A stretch of DNA of 64,000 nucleotides from a bacterium (lineage in GTDB: Bacteria > UBA8248 > JACPRG01 > G963555815): contig OZ244653.1 of NCBI GenBank assembly GCA_965218795.1, positions 3,552,001 through 3,616,000 of the forward strand, given 5' to 3'. Positions 27,174 to 37,480 of this stretch are shown in pieces. The notes under the pieces are model-generated. The model did not search any database. It saw nothing but the letters and a program-made list of their open reading frames with translations, and was not told where the DNA came from. Each line of letters opens with the position of its first letter. Within the stretch, counting starts at the first letter, position 1. The position numbers and the translations under genes were made by a program.

Positions 27174-28799
27174 TCACCGTCCCTGTTTCGGCTTTTGTGA
27201 CCGATGCTCAATTTCATCCATCGTGGCGGTAGATACCTCCTTCACTGTGCGATCCACTTCCGTTTCCGTGTCGTGGTCATCAAGCTCCGAATAAAGGGCG
27301 CTGCTGCCTCCTATGTGCGGAAGCCGCTTCCCGTCGATCGCTGCCTCTACCGAGAAGCCTTTGCCGTCAAGTTTCCACACAATGGAAAGGGTTAAATCGA
27401 AGTCTTTGATTCCACTCCCGATGTAGCTGTGGAGTAGAAACTCCTGTCCAAATTCTACTGGCCGCTTGTCGTCGAGATTGAATCCCGGCTTGACGATTCG
27501 CTCTTGTTTTACCGGTTCCCAGTTCCTGGGTTCAAATAGGCGAGACATGCGAATTACGCTTTGGCCGATCTTCAAATGTGTCGTCACGCTGTAGGTATGA
27601 AATAGCCGGGACAAGTGTCCCAGCCCATTCTCCAGCTTGTCCAGTGTCGGCCGGACGTGCGTAAGCACAATTTTGTCAATCACTTCAATATCGGAATCAT
27701 CGGGTGTCCGTCCTCGTTTGCCGCGAACGAAGACGGCTATCTCCTTGTCAACATCCTGGGGTTCCTGAATCGACTCGCCTTTAGCGGCGCGGATCCCAAG
27801 TTGAAGCGACCACAAGACGTTGTTCAACATGAATTCCGCAAGCGGCAGTATGCGGCCCAGATCGGCGTTCTGTAGAGAGCCGATATAGTAGTCCCGGTCT
27901 TCGCTCTTGATCACAATGGGAGGCAAGTTGCTTCGAAGCAGGATGTAATTCGCGAGAAGCCGCGCGGTGCGCCCGTTCCCGTCGTCGAATGGATGGATAC
28001 GCAGGAAACTCCAGTGAGATTCGGCCAGGAACAACGGCAGAGGATAAGCGCTCCGCTCCAGGTCGCGGCGGAAATCACGGGTCCATTTCTCCATCAACGC
28101 GGGTGTTTCCTCGGGTTCGGCGAATCGATGAAGCTCACCCGTTGCCGTTCGAACATGATTCGGCTGTGTCTTGTATTTGCCCGGAACAATACGCTTCCGC
28201 GTCGGCTGGCCGTCCGGCGTCTCCGCACTTTGCCAGAACGGCTCTTTGAGGAGAATCTTGTTGAAGTTTCTTATATCTCCCTCCCCGAGAATCTGCTCGG
28301 AACTTGCGAGTTGCCGGGTATGGTCGATCGCGACATTGTGCGCCTTCATCTCCTCGTAATCTCGCAACGGGTGCCCGCCGGCGGTGCGACCGTGAATGAT
28401 CAGCAACTCGGTCTCGTGGTAAGTCAGCGTGTTTCCCTCGATGTGGTTGCTGTTATAGTTCCATTCGACCCTGAGTTTTTTCCACAGTCGCTCTTCGTCA
28501 ACGTGCTTCATGTCTTGACGCCGTTCGTGCCATTCCGAAATCCCCGCCTCCAGATCGACAAGGCGTTCGAAGAAATGAGCGTGCTCAATGGTGAGGTTTG
28601 GGATGTCGATACCTGACGAATGGGATTCGTCGATCCATCGGGCCATTCGCGTTCTTGCCTCGGCGTCGGCCGAGAGCACTGGGAGCCCATCCGTGTCAAG
28701 CACGTACCGTCCAAGCTTCGGGTGCTCGACGATAACATGCTCCGCAGACTCGACTATCTCTGCTGCATCCCCGGTGACAGGACAGTTACGCCTCATCAC
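27174..28799 (-). CDS. Fic family protein with N- and C-terminal extra domains
   Basis: YNSNHIEGN inhibitory motif; HPFDDGNGRTAR. Confidence 0.9.
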   Translation of the reverse strand: MMRRNCPVTGDAAEIVESAEHVIVEHPKLGRYVLDTDGLPVLSADAEARTRMARWIDESHSSGIDIPNLTIEHAHFFERLVDLEAGISEWHERRQDMKHVDEERLWKKLRVEWNYNSNHIEGNTLTYHETELLIIHGRTAGGHPLRDYEEMKAHNVAIDHTRQLASSEQILGEGDIRNFNKILLKEPFWQSAETPDGQPTRKRIVPGKYKTQPNHVRTATGELHRFAEPEETPALMEKWTRDFRRDLERSAYPLPLFLAESHWSFLRIHPFDDGNGRTARLLANYILLRSNLPPIVIKSEDRDYYIGSLQNADLGRILPLAEFMLNNVLWSLQLGIRAAKGESIQEPQDVDKEIAVFVRGKRGRTPDDSDIEVIDKIVLTHVRPTLDKLENGLGHLSRLFHTYSVTTHLKIGQSVIRMSRLFEPRNWEPVKQERIVKPGFNLDDKRPVEFGQEFLLHSYIGSGIKDFDLTLSIVWKLDGKGFSVEAAIDGKRLPHIGGSSALYSELDDHDTETEVDRTVKEVSTATMDEIEHRSQKPKQGR

Positions 28800-28949
28800 A
28801 TTGACCCCTTACGCTGAAATGGACCGGCAATAGAACACCTCGCTCACAGAATCCATCCCCTTCAAGTACCGCGCAAACTCGCCTCCACCACTTCGACGAC
28901 CTTGGTTTCAAGGTGCAGAACATCTCGGCGCGGCCTGAGCGGTGCCTAA

Positions 28950-29458
28950 TCAGTCGGGAAAATCCAGAGCCAGATCACTCCCGAATCGGAGACCGGCAAC
29001 ATCGCACGCTGTCTTGAGACGCTGCTCGCACTGTTGCCGAGAAAGGTTGGTGTCAACCCACCACTGATCTGTTAGCCGCGAGGCGAATTGCTTGGATAGC
29101 TCAGGTGTTCTGAAGTATAGGTCTCTCGGCTTCTGAGCGACGATTCTACGCGATTTCGTTGTTTTCCCGGAGAGCCGCTCGAGAAACTGTGGATCGAGTT
29201 CCGTGAGCTTCAACAGACAACTCGTATAGGCTTCCTTTCTCGAATCTCTCCTCGAGTAAGGTGATCACATATGTTCCAGTGCGGCGTTGCCTGCGATCAG
29301 GAGGTAATGGCCCCCCCGGTCCCGTCCGTAGCCTTTGGTAGGCTAAACACTTCTCGAAGGATGGCATTTTCACTCTGATTGAAGGTTGTTCGTCGAGCTT
29401 CAATGGCGCAGTGTACGTCAATGTCTATCTCGATAGTTTTTGTCTGTAGCGCAGTCAT
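28950..29458 (-). pseudogene. SeqA-like DNA-binding protein broken into three frames
   Basis: AAGGAG RBS + ATG 29458; KTIEIDIDVH.AI...NQSENAILREVF, then shift at C7 run 29311-29317, second shift ~29235, C-terminal WWVDTNLS domain. Confidence 0.55.
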
Positions 29459-29488
29459 CGTTTTTCTCCTTAAATCGGTGATTGTACC

Positions 29489-29519
29489 GTATCCCTTATA
29501 AGCTACTGATAAGGGATAC
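29489..29519. promoter_or_regulatory. Perfect 11-bp inverted repeat (operator candidate)
   Basis: GTATCCCTTAT-N9-ATAAGGGATAC between minus-strand TTGACA (29531-29526) and TACAAT (29486-29481). Confidence 0.6.
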
Positions 29520-29978
29520 CTCAGATGTCAAGGCCAAACAGCAAAAACTAGAAGGCCAATGAAAATTCCCCGGCCGAAACCGGGCGACCGCTTGTTCAAG
29601 CCCGGCGGTTATGGGGCGCTTGCAGCTCGCACTCTTTCATCTCTGGAAGGATGTCGGACTCGTTGCGATCGGACACAAACGTGCTGGTGATGTGCCGGTC
29701 GAATGGTTCGCCGAGCGCAGCCGGAATGATGGTCTCGTATTGCCCATTTTGTTTTCCTGCCGGCAATATATCGAATGACGACTCAAGGATATGATTCCGG
29801 CAAACAGCGGCAGGCAAGCTGAATTCCGAAATCAAAATCCGCTCAGCGCTTGTGTGCGTCAACCAATGTCGCTAAGATTTCCCGATGCAAGTCGTGCAAG
29901 AGAATGCCGCCTCGGGGGTGCGCAGAAGCCCGCATCATGGGTGGGACCGCGTCAGAAATTTCAGAGGAGGCTGTTGGA

Positions 29979-31103
29979 ATGGGAAGCGCCGCCACCGGCC
30001 CGCATGAGCCCGGCGACACGTTGGTACGCTTTGCCGAAGTACAGAAGAGCTATGACGGCATTGCGCTCGTTATCAAGAATCTCAACCTCGCCATCGCCAA
30101 CGGCGAATTTCTGACCATGCTCGGGCCGTCGGGTTCGGGCAAGACGACTTGCCTCATGATGCTCGCCGGTTTCGAAACGGTGACGCACGGACAGATCTAC
30201 CTGGACGAAGTACCCATCACCAACGTGCCACCGCACAAACGCGACATCGGCATGGTGTTTCAGAACTATGCCCTCTTTCCGCACATGACGGTTGCTGAAA
30301 ACCTGACCTTTCCCCTCAAAGTCCGCAAGCGGGGCCGGATCGAAATCGGAGAGCGTGTGCGGCGCGCTCTCGATATGGTGCAGCTCTCGGGGTTCAGCGG
30401 TCGTCGGCCGGCGCAACTCTCGGGCGGCCAACAGCAGCGTGTCGCCGTGGCCCGGGCCTTAATCTTCGGTCCCAAGCTGGTGTTGATGGACGAGCCGCTG
30501 GGCGCGCTCGACAAGCAGCTGCGCGAGCAGATGCAATACGAGATCAAGCACATCCACGAGCGTCTCGGCATTACCGTCGTCTACGTGACCCACGATCAGT
30601 CGGAAGCCCTGATGATGTCGAACCGCATTGCCGTCTTCAATGACGGTGTCATCCAGCAATTGGCAACGCCCTCCGATCTTTACGAGCGCCCGGAGAATTC
30701 CTTCGTGGCGCAGTTCATCGGAGAGAACAACAAGTTGACCGGCACCGTCGTCGAAGAGATCAACGGCGCCTGCACCGTCACACTTGACACGGGCGAGCAA
30801 GTCAAGGCCATGCCCGTCAATACCGCCGGACCGAACAGCCCGACGATGCTCTCGCTGCGCCCCGAACGAGTTGCGCTGAACCCGCGCGAGGGCGAATGCG
30901 ACAGCACGGTTTCGGGTCGGGTGGAGGAGTTGCTCTACCTCGGTGATCACATCCGCACGCGACTGTCGGTTTGTGGTCGGGATAATTTCATCGTCAAGGT
31001 TCCGAACGCCATGCTCCAATCCGGATTGGAGCCGGGCCAACAGGTTCCGCTAGGCTGGCGAATGGAGGATTGCCGTGCCCTCGACATGCCGGAGACGGTA
31101 TGA
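29979..31103 (+). CDS. Polyamine-type ABC transporter ATPase (PotA-like)
   Basis: GPSGSGKT, LSGGQQQR, DEPLGALD, TOBE tail; GAGGAGG RBS. Confidence 0.93.
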   Translation: MGSAATGPHEPGDTLVRFAEVQKSYDGIALVIKNLNLAIANGEFLTMLGPSGSGKTTCLMMLAGFETVTHGQIYLDEVPITNVPPHKRDIGMVFQNYALFPHMTVAENLTFPLKVRKRGRIEIGERVRRALDMVQLSGFSGRRPAQLSGGQQQRVAVARALIFGPKLVLMDEPLGALDKQLREQMQYEIKHIHERLGITVVYVTHDQSEALMMSNRIAVFNDGVIQQLATPSDLYERPENSFVAQFIGENNKLTGTVVEEINGACTVTLDTGEQVKAMPVNTAGPNSPTMLSLRPERVALNPREGECDSTVSGRVEELLYLGDHIRTRLSVCGRDNFIVKVPNAMLQSGLEPGQQVPLGWRMEDCRALDMPETV

Positions 31104-31160
31104 ATCGAGGGCCGGTGGATTTGTCGAGTTGAACCATAACCATTTGCAAAGGAGGAGCCC

Positions 31161-32258
31161 ATGAAGTTCATTCGAAACCTTGCCATAGGAACCCTCGCGG
31201 CGGCCGCGGCCGCATTCACCGGATCTGCGATGGCGCAGACGGAGCTGGTCGTCGTCTCCTGGGGCGGGGCCTATTCCGCAAGCCAGCAGAAGGCCTACCA
31301 TGATCCGTACATGAAGAAGAACCCCGGCATCAAGATCATCAATGACGACTCGGCACCGGAAGCGGTGGCCAAATTGAGGGCGATGAACGAGGTCAACAAC
31401 GTGACCTGGGACCTGGTGGATGCCACCGCCTCGGACGCCATCAGGCTATGCGATGAAGGCTTGGCGGTGCCGATAGATCCCGACAAGGACTTGGCGCCCG
31501 CTCCGGACGGCACCCCGGCGTCCGAGGATTTCGGCGATCTGTTCGTCGCCGAATGCTTCATCCCGCAAATCGTCTATTCCATCGCCTTCGGCTATCGCAC
31601 CGACAAGGTGAAGGTCAAGCCGACCAGTGTCTGTGACGTTTTCGACCTCGAGAAGATTCCGGGAAAGCGCGCGCTGGAGAGGAAGCCCATTAACAACTTC
31701 GAATGGGCGTTGCTTTGCGACGGCGTTCCGCCCGACAAGATTTATGAAGTGCTCGGTGCTGAAGGCGGCGTGAAACGCGCCTTGAAGAAGCTCGATACCA
31801 TCAAGAGCAAAGTGCTCTGGTGGACCAAGGGTGCCCAGACGCCGCAGCTTCTCGCCGACGGCGAGATCGTCATCGGTTCGGCCTACAACGGTCGTCTTTT
31901 TTCGCTCATCGAGGAGGAGAAGCAACCGGTCGCCATTCTCTGGGATTGGCAGGTCTTCGACCTCGACGGCTGGATCATTCCGAAGGGCACCAGGAACCTG
32001 GAGGAGGTGAAGAAATTCGTCCGCTTCGCCACCGACACCCAGCGGCTCGCGGATCAGGCCAAGTTCATTTCGTACGGCCCGGCACGCAAATCATCGGCCC
32101 CGCTGATCGGCAAGCACGCGACATTGGGTATCGACATGAAGCCGCATATGCCGACCGATCCCAACAATGCCAAGACCAAGCTGCTCTACAATTACGAATT
32201 CTGGGCCGATAACCAGGACGACCTGACCGAGCGATTTGAAGCTTGGCTTGTCAAGTAG
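31161..32258 (+). CDS. Polyamine-type ABC substrate-binding protein
   Basis: Signal peptide, VSWGGAY, QLLADGE, AYNGR. Confidence 0.88.
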   Translation: MKFIRNLAIGTLAAAAAAFTGSAMAQTELVVVSWGGAYSASQQKAYHDPYMKKNPGIKIINDDSAPEAVAKLRAMNEVNNVTWDLVDATASDAIRLCDEGLAVPIDPDKDLAPAPDGTPASEDFGDLFVAECFIPQIVYSIAFGYRTDKVKVKPTSVCDVFDLEKIPGKRALERKPINNFEWALLCDGVPPDKIYEVLGAEGGVKRALKKLDTIKSKVLWWTKGAQTPQLLADGEIVIGSAYNGRLFSLIEEEKQPVAILWDWQVFDLDGWIIPKGTRNLEEVKKFVRFATDTQRLADQAKFISYGPARKSSAPLIGKHATLGIDMKPHMPTDPNNAKTKLLYNYEFWADNQDDLTERFEAWLVK

Positions 32259-32329
32259 AACCTGGCACAAGTCCGGGGTAGCGCGCGCTATCCCGGACTT
32301 GCTCCGGTTCGTGGTCGATAGGGGAACTG

Positions 32330-33598
32330 ATGGCGGAAGCGGTCCAACAAACCGAAGAACTCTTCACGGCGGACGGCACGCCGCTCCGCGTGAGTCTGGC
32401 GCGCGCGCTCAGGCGACAGAAGCTGCGCGCTCTGCTGCTTGTCGCCCCGCTCTTCGGCTTCATTTTCGTCACTTTCCTCATGCCGATCGGCGACATGCTG
32501 TTTCGTTCGGTTGAGAATGAGATCGTCGGCGAGATTCTGCCGCGCAGCACCGGGCTATTGGCGGAATGGGATCCAGCCTCGGACAAGTTACCCTCGGAGG
32601 AAGTCTTCGCCGCTCTGGTTGAGGATTTAAGGGAAGGCCGAAAAAACCGCACCATTACCCGTGTCGGCCGGCGTTTGAACTACGAATTGCCGGGAATGTC
32701 GAGCCTGTTTCGCTCATCGGGACGGAAGGTGAGTCGGATGAACGAGCCCCCATTCAAGGAGGCGCTCATCAAGGCCAACAAGCGCTGGGGTCAAATCGAG
32801 ACGTGGATGTTGATCAAGCAGTTTTCGCCGCCGCACACGGACGGCTACTTTCTCGCCGCGATCGACGCCAGGCGCAAGGTCGACGGCGAGATCGTACGCG
32901 TCGGCGAGGAGGCGCGAATCTACCTGGCCCTCTTCGCCAGGACTCTGCGCTTGAGCCTCATCATCACGGTGATGACACTGCTGCTCGGCTTCCCGATCGC
33001 CTACTGGTTGGCGATCCTGCCGACCAGGACCTCGAACCTGTTGCTGATTTTCGTGTTGCTGCCGTTCTGGACCTCGCTTCTTGTGCGCACGACCGCCTGG
33101 ATCGTGCTCTTGCAACAGCAGGGCGTCATCAACGAATTCCTGGTCGCGATCGGCCTGGTCCATACCGACAGCCGCCTGGAGATGATCCACAATGAGCTCG
33201 GCACGATCATTGCGATGACGCATATCCTCCTGCCTTTTATGGTGCTGCCGCTCTTCAGCGTCATGAAGACAATTCCGAAGAGCTATGTTCGGGCCGCCGT
33301 GTTGCTGGGCGCGCACCCGTGGCTTGCGTTCTGGAAGGTTTACTTCCCGAATACAGGGCCGGGCATTGGCGCCGGAGCGCTTCTGGTCTTCATCCTGGCG
33401 ATTGGCTATTACATCACACCGGAGCTTGTCGGAGGCACAACGGGAACTTTCATTTCCAACCGCATTGCCCACCACATCTCATCGTCGCTGAACTGGGGTC
33501 TTGCCGCAGCGCTGGGCGTGATCCTGCTTGGCATCGTGCTCACCCTCTACCTGCTCTACGACAAGATTGTCGGCATCGACAATCTGAAGCTCGGTTGA
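32330..33598 (+). CDS. Polyamine-type ABC permease (PotB-like)
   Basis: LLPFWTSLLVRT.AW, LPFMVLPL, NWGLAAAL. Confidence 0.9.
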   Translation: MAEAVQQTEELFTADGTPLRVSLARALRRQKLRALLLVAPLFGFIFVTFLMPIGDMLFRSVENEIVGEILPRSTGLLAEWDPASDKLPSEEVFAALVEDLREGRKNRTITRVGRRLNYELPGMSSLFRSSGRKVSRMNEPPFKEALIKANKRWGQIETWMLIKQFSPPHTDGYFLAAIDARRKVDGEIVRVGEEARIYLALFARTLRLSLIITVMTLLLGFPIAYWLAILPTRTSNLLLIFVLLPFWTSLLVRTTAWIVLLQQQGVINEFLVAIGLVHTDSRLEMIHNELGTIIAMTHILLPFMVLPLFSVMKTIPKSYVRAAVLLGAHPWLAFWKVYFPNTGPGIGAGALLVFILAIGYYITPELVGGTTGTFISNRIAHHISSSLNWGLAAALGVILLGIVLTLYLLYDKIVGIDNLKLG

Positions 33599-33599
33599 G

Positions 33600-34454
33600 A
33601 TGGCTTCGCTGCCACCCTATCTCTCGACTCCGGAGCGGGTTTGGCATTACGGCTTCCGGATCCTGTGCGGTCTGATTTTCTTCTTCCTGATTTTTCCCCT
33701 GATCGTCGTGGTGCCGCTCTCGTTCAACGCATTGCCGTTCTTCACCTTTACCAAGGAGATGCTCGCCTTCGATCCGGCCGGCTATTCGTTGAAATGGTAT
33801 GCGGACTTCTTCACCAACCTGAACTGGCAGGGTGCGATTCAGAACAGCATCATCATCGCCTTCTTCGCGACCCTCCTGTCGATGACGTTGGGCACCCTCG
33901 CCGCGCTCGGCCTGTCGCGGCCGACCCTGCCTGGGAAAACGCTCATCATGAGCATCCTGATCTCGCCAATGATCGTGCCGCTGATCATCTCGGCGGCGGG
34001 CATGTTCTTCTTCTATTCCCGCATCGGCCTGCAGGGTACGCATATCGGCGTTATCCTGGCTCATGCGGCGCTTGGCACGCCGTTCGTGGTCATCACCGTC
34101 ACCGCAACATTGGTCGGCTTCGACAACAGCCTGATCCGCGCTGCCGCCAGCCTCGGCGCCTCTCCCGCGACCACATTCTTCAAAGTGATCGTGCCGCTGA
34201 TCCTGCCCGGCGTGATCTCAGGCGCGCTTTTCGCCTTTATCACCTCGTTTGATGAAGTGGTGGTGGTGCTCTTTGTCGGCAGCTTCAAGCAGCGGACGAT
34301 ACCGTGGCAGATGTTCTCCGGCATCCGCGAGCATATCAGCCCGACGATCCTGGCCGTCGCGACGATCCTGGTCCTGGTCTCAATTGCGCTCCTGGTGTCG
34401 GTGGAGTTACTGCGCCGGCGGGGCGAGCGCTTGCGCGGTATTCATCGGACATGA
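33600..34454 (+). CDS. Polyamine-type ABC permease (PotC-like)
   Basis: RAAASLGA, SGALFAFITSFDEVV. Confidence 0.9.
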   Translation: MASLPPYLSTPERVWHYGFRILCGLIFFFLIFPLIVVVPLSFNALPFFTFTKEMLAFDPAGYSLKWYADFFTNLNWQGAIQNSIIIAFFATLLSMTLGTLAALGLSRPTLPGKTLIMSILISPMIVPLIISAAGMFFFYSRIGLQGTHIGVILAHAALGTPFVVITVTATLVGFDNSLIRAAASLGASPATTFFKVIVPLILPGVISGALFAFITSFDEVVVVLFVGSFKQRTIPWQMFSGIREHISPTILAVATILVLVSIALLVSVELLRRRGERLRGIHRT

Positions 34455-34881
34455 CGGACATCGATCCGGATTTCCGGTCGAGCCCCCGGAGTGGACGTGA
34501 TCACGGACGTACCGGCGTCGTAGCTTTTCATGGCGATTTTTCAGGCCATTCTCCCGGTCTTCTTTGCAATTTCGAGCTTCGGCAACGGATCCGCCATGAA
34601 TGCCTTCGTACAGTCAGCTTGGCTTGACAATTTTCCCATTATCCTATTGGTTCGGGCACCAAGACCTACCGTTATGCTCACATCGACCGTCAGCGCCTGC
34701 GCCGTCGCCGCGATTCGCCTGCTCGCGCTCACCGGGCTGCCGGCGTAGCGAGGTGCTCGGCCCGGAGCGGGTCGACAATTCAGGCATGTTCTTGACAACC
34801 GAAGCGGGCCGACATAGGCTCGGTTTGCGTGTCAGGTTCCGAGTCGAATCAGGTTTGCTTATTGGAAAGGAGCTAAAGATC

Positions 34882-35382
34882 ATGAAGAAGGTGATTTCTA
34901 CACTGTTTGTATTTTTGGCATCCGTGAGCATGGCAAGTGCCGCCCAGTATTTGCAGGCATCCTCAACGATTACCCAGTGTCCGGGCAAGGCGCCCGAGAT
35001 CGTTAAAATGGATATAACGGATGCAGCCAATGGCCTTGCCATAAAAAACAACAAAATCACTGTGAGTGAAGCTGGAGCCTATCTGATAGTCGCTGCGCCC
35101 CAGGTTGGCCGCGAAGGTGGAGGACCTTTTGGTTGTTTTGACTTATGGCTGCGTGTCAATGGAAAGGATGTAGCGAATTCCAATGTACAGCTGTGTCAGG
35201 ATGCCGACAGCATGGCGAAAGACGTCATCATATCGCAGGGAATCGTCCCACTGAAGGCGGGTGATGTTGTAGAAGTCATGATGTCAGCCAATAACCCAAA
35301 GGCGAATATGTGCATTGAAGCTATCCAGCCGGCCGGTGAACCCTTGGTGCCTTCGATCATTTTCTCCATGATCAAGTATTGA
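34882..35382 (+). CDS. Secreted beta-rich protein (C1q/TNF-like pattern)
   Basis: AAGGAG RBS, signal peptide, ITVSEAGAYLI, WLRVNG, LKAGDVVEV. Confidence 0.65.
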   Translation: MKKVISTLFVFLASVSMASAAQYLQASSTITQCPGKAPEIVKMDITDAANGLAIKNNKITVSEAGAYLIVAAPQVGREGGGPFGCFDLWLRVNGKDVANSNVQLCQDADSMAKDVIISQGIVPLKAGDVVEVMMSANNPKANMCIEAIQPAGEPLVPSIIFSMIKY

Positions 35383-35702
35383 AGTTTGAGAAAAATCTTG
35401 AGGCGGGTCTTCGGTGTGTGAGTCAAGCTACGTGATGAGCATCCCAGAATATCCGCATTGCTGTTGCGACATCGAATAGGGTTTTTCTCCTCAAGCCGCT
35501 CCAGAGGAGTGTTGGAGGTCGACCCGATACGCATGATGTGACAGGGAGTGAAGCCGGACGGAACCGCGCCGCCGGCACATCGCCCCGGCCATGCGTGGCG
35601 GTGGTAACGGATGACCGGGACAGCACCACAGCCGGTCCCATGATGCGCGTCGTGTGCGATTTCGTCACCGACCGCCTTTCTTCCTTTGGCCCTTCCTGGC
35701 TT

Positions 35703-35900
35703 GTCATTCCTGCCCCCGCCTGAAACTTTCGGGGACAGGCTGCAATGGGAATCCATAGGTCTCCGTGTGCAAGCCCGCCTCCATGAAATTACTGTAGCGG
35801 ATCAGAAATCATTCAAAACGGCCCGGAAACGGGCGTGGATGGACTCTTTCTGATGAGCACCGATTCGGCTTGTCTGGATTCCTGCTTCCGCAGGAATGAC
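35703..35900. repeat. Convergent pair of REP-like palindromes enclosing a long hairpin
   Basis: GTCATTCC...GGGAATCCA (35703-35755) and CTGGATTCCTGCTTCCGCAGGAATGAC (35874-35900). Confidence 0.6.
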
Positions 35901-36309
35901 AGGCTAAGGCTGCGGCGGGAATTGATTAGAGGCAGACGGAGTTCCATTTTTGGGATTCCCGCCCCCGATTGAAGTAGTCGAGGGCACATGCTTGCGCCTA
36001 CCTGCGACAGGCAGGCCGCTCAAGCGCCGTCCGTTAAGAGAATCATGCAATGAGCATTCCACCATTCATTCGGTGAACTTATCTTGTATTTTGCTGTAAG
36101 GATTTGCAATTGGGCATTGAACTGATACGATTTTCTTTCCCTTTTGAAGCCGACAACGGAATCAATGGGATTCCAAATCGGTTTGAGTCATCTGGGGGCG
36201 AGGTTGATCATGCCCTGCGAACCCCATGAATCCGGTACGCTTCCTCCGGCCACTTTGAGTGGAAAGCCTGTGGGGGCTATACTAAACAGCATGTGGCGCG
36301 CGGCCGCTT

Positions 36310-37170
36310 TTGGAAAGAGGAAGGCCCCCGGATCACGAGGGACGGAAACATCCTCCCGCATGCCGCCCATGTGATTTTTTCGACGGGAAACGTTTCGTGG
36401 CTTTCGAATTGCCCCCCCGCCTGTGGATCTATACGAATTACGATTGCAATTTCTCTTGTTCCTACTGTGTTGTCCGATCCCATCCAAAAGCCGAGTCTCG
36501 GGCGATTGAGTTCGATACATTTCGCCGGCTGATCAAAGAGGCTGTGGTTTTGGGATTCCATGATCTCTATCTGACGGGAGGAGAGCCCTTTCTCCATCCG
36601 GGATTTTTCGATCTCCTCGATTACGCGGTTCCCCGGATCAAGACGACGATACTGACCAATGCCACGGTCGTGACCCCGCGTCGCCTCGAGCGGTTCAAGA
36701 GTCTTCCGCCCGAGAATCTGAGTTTTCAAATCAGCGTGGATAGCGCAGACCCGGCCCGGAACGATTTTTTTCGCGGCTCAGGAAGTTGGGAACGGACAAT
36801 GGCCGGGGTGGGGCAATTGATGGAGTTGGGCTTTCGGCCGAAAATTGGCGGTACCGTGACTCCCGAAGCGGAAGGAGATGCTCAAGACTTCATGAAATTT
36901 TTTGCAGAACGGGGATTGGCTGAATCGGATGTCTTCCTCCGGCCGCTGATCAAGAGGGGATTCTCTTCACAAGGAAAGGAGTTGTTCGCAGACCGCGTTC
37001 TCCCGGAAGTGTGCGTCGACCGGGACGGGGCCTACTGGCACCCGTTGTCCACGGATTCGGATTTTCTTGTCACCCGCGAAATCTTTCCTTTCCATCGCGT
37101 GGTCGCCCTTTTCCATGAAGAAATGGCGCGAAGGGAGCGGGAAGGCATCGAGAGCCTTCCCTATCAGTGA
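36310..37170 (+). CDS. Radical SAM protein (Rv1681-like); start uncertain
   Basis: RLWIYTNYDCNFSCSYC, TGGEPF, LTNA, PEVCVD.DGAYWHP. Confidence 0.85.
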   Translation: MERGRPPDHEGRKHPPACRPCDFFDGKRFVAFELPPRLWIYTNYDCNFSCSYCVVRSHPKAESRAIEFDTFRRLIKEAVVLGFHDLYLTGGEPFLHPGFFDLLDYAVPRIKTTILTNATVVTPRRLERFKSLPPENLSFQISVDSADPARNDFFRGSGSWERTMAGVGQLMELGFRPKIGGTVTPEAEGDAQDFMKFFAERGLAESDVFLRPLIKRGFSSQGKELFADRVLPEVCVDRDGAYWHPLSTDSDFLVTREIFPFHRVVALFHEEMARREREGIESLPYQ

Positions 37171-37480
37171 GCCTGAGCCCCCCGGCTCCGGTCGGAGCCG
37201 TGTTTTACCTCCCCCCGCCGTTCCCGGAAAGACAGGCTCCCGCTGAATCACCTGAGCGGGGAAGGGCGCTCAATGGGTTCTGAAACGAAAATCAATTGAT
37301 CTGCGGCGGGCAGGGTTGTAAGTAGTGATGAGGAGATGACGTAACTCTACCTTGGAGTGAGGCCGGGGAGCCGAGCGGAAAAAGAAAACCCAACGCCGAC
37401 AAGGTTCAGCAGCCCCGATGCCTCGAGCCCAGCGAGAATTTTTCAAGTCCTGATCAAGAGTGAAAACAGAGCTCAATTGG

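Noticed and set aside
29596-29862. 88-aa minus ORF
   Set aside because: No RBS or motif; possible gene remnant but unsupported.
34541-34798. Weak DinB-like fragment (VSITVGLG..NRIMGKLSS)
   Set aside because: Too short and degenerate to support without a search.
35850-35880. Hammerhead ribozyme core CTGATGAG
   Set aside because: No stem II followed by GAAA at the required place.
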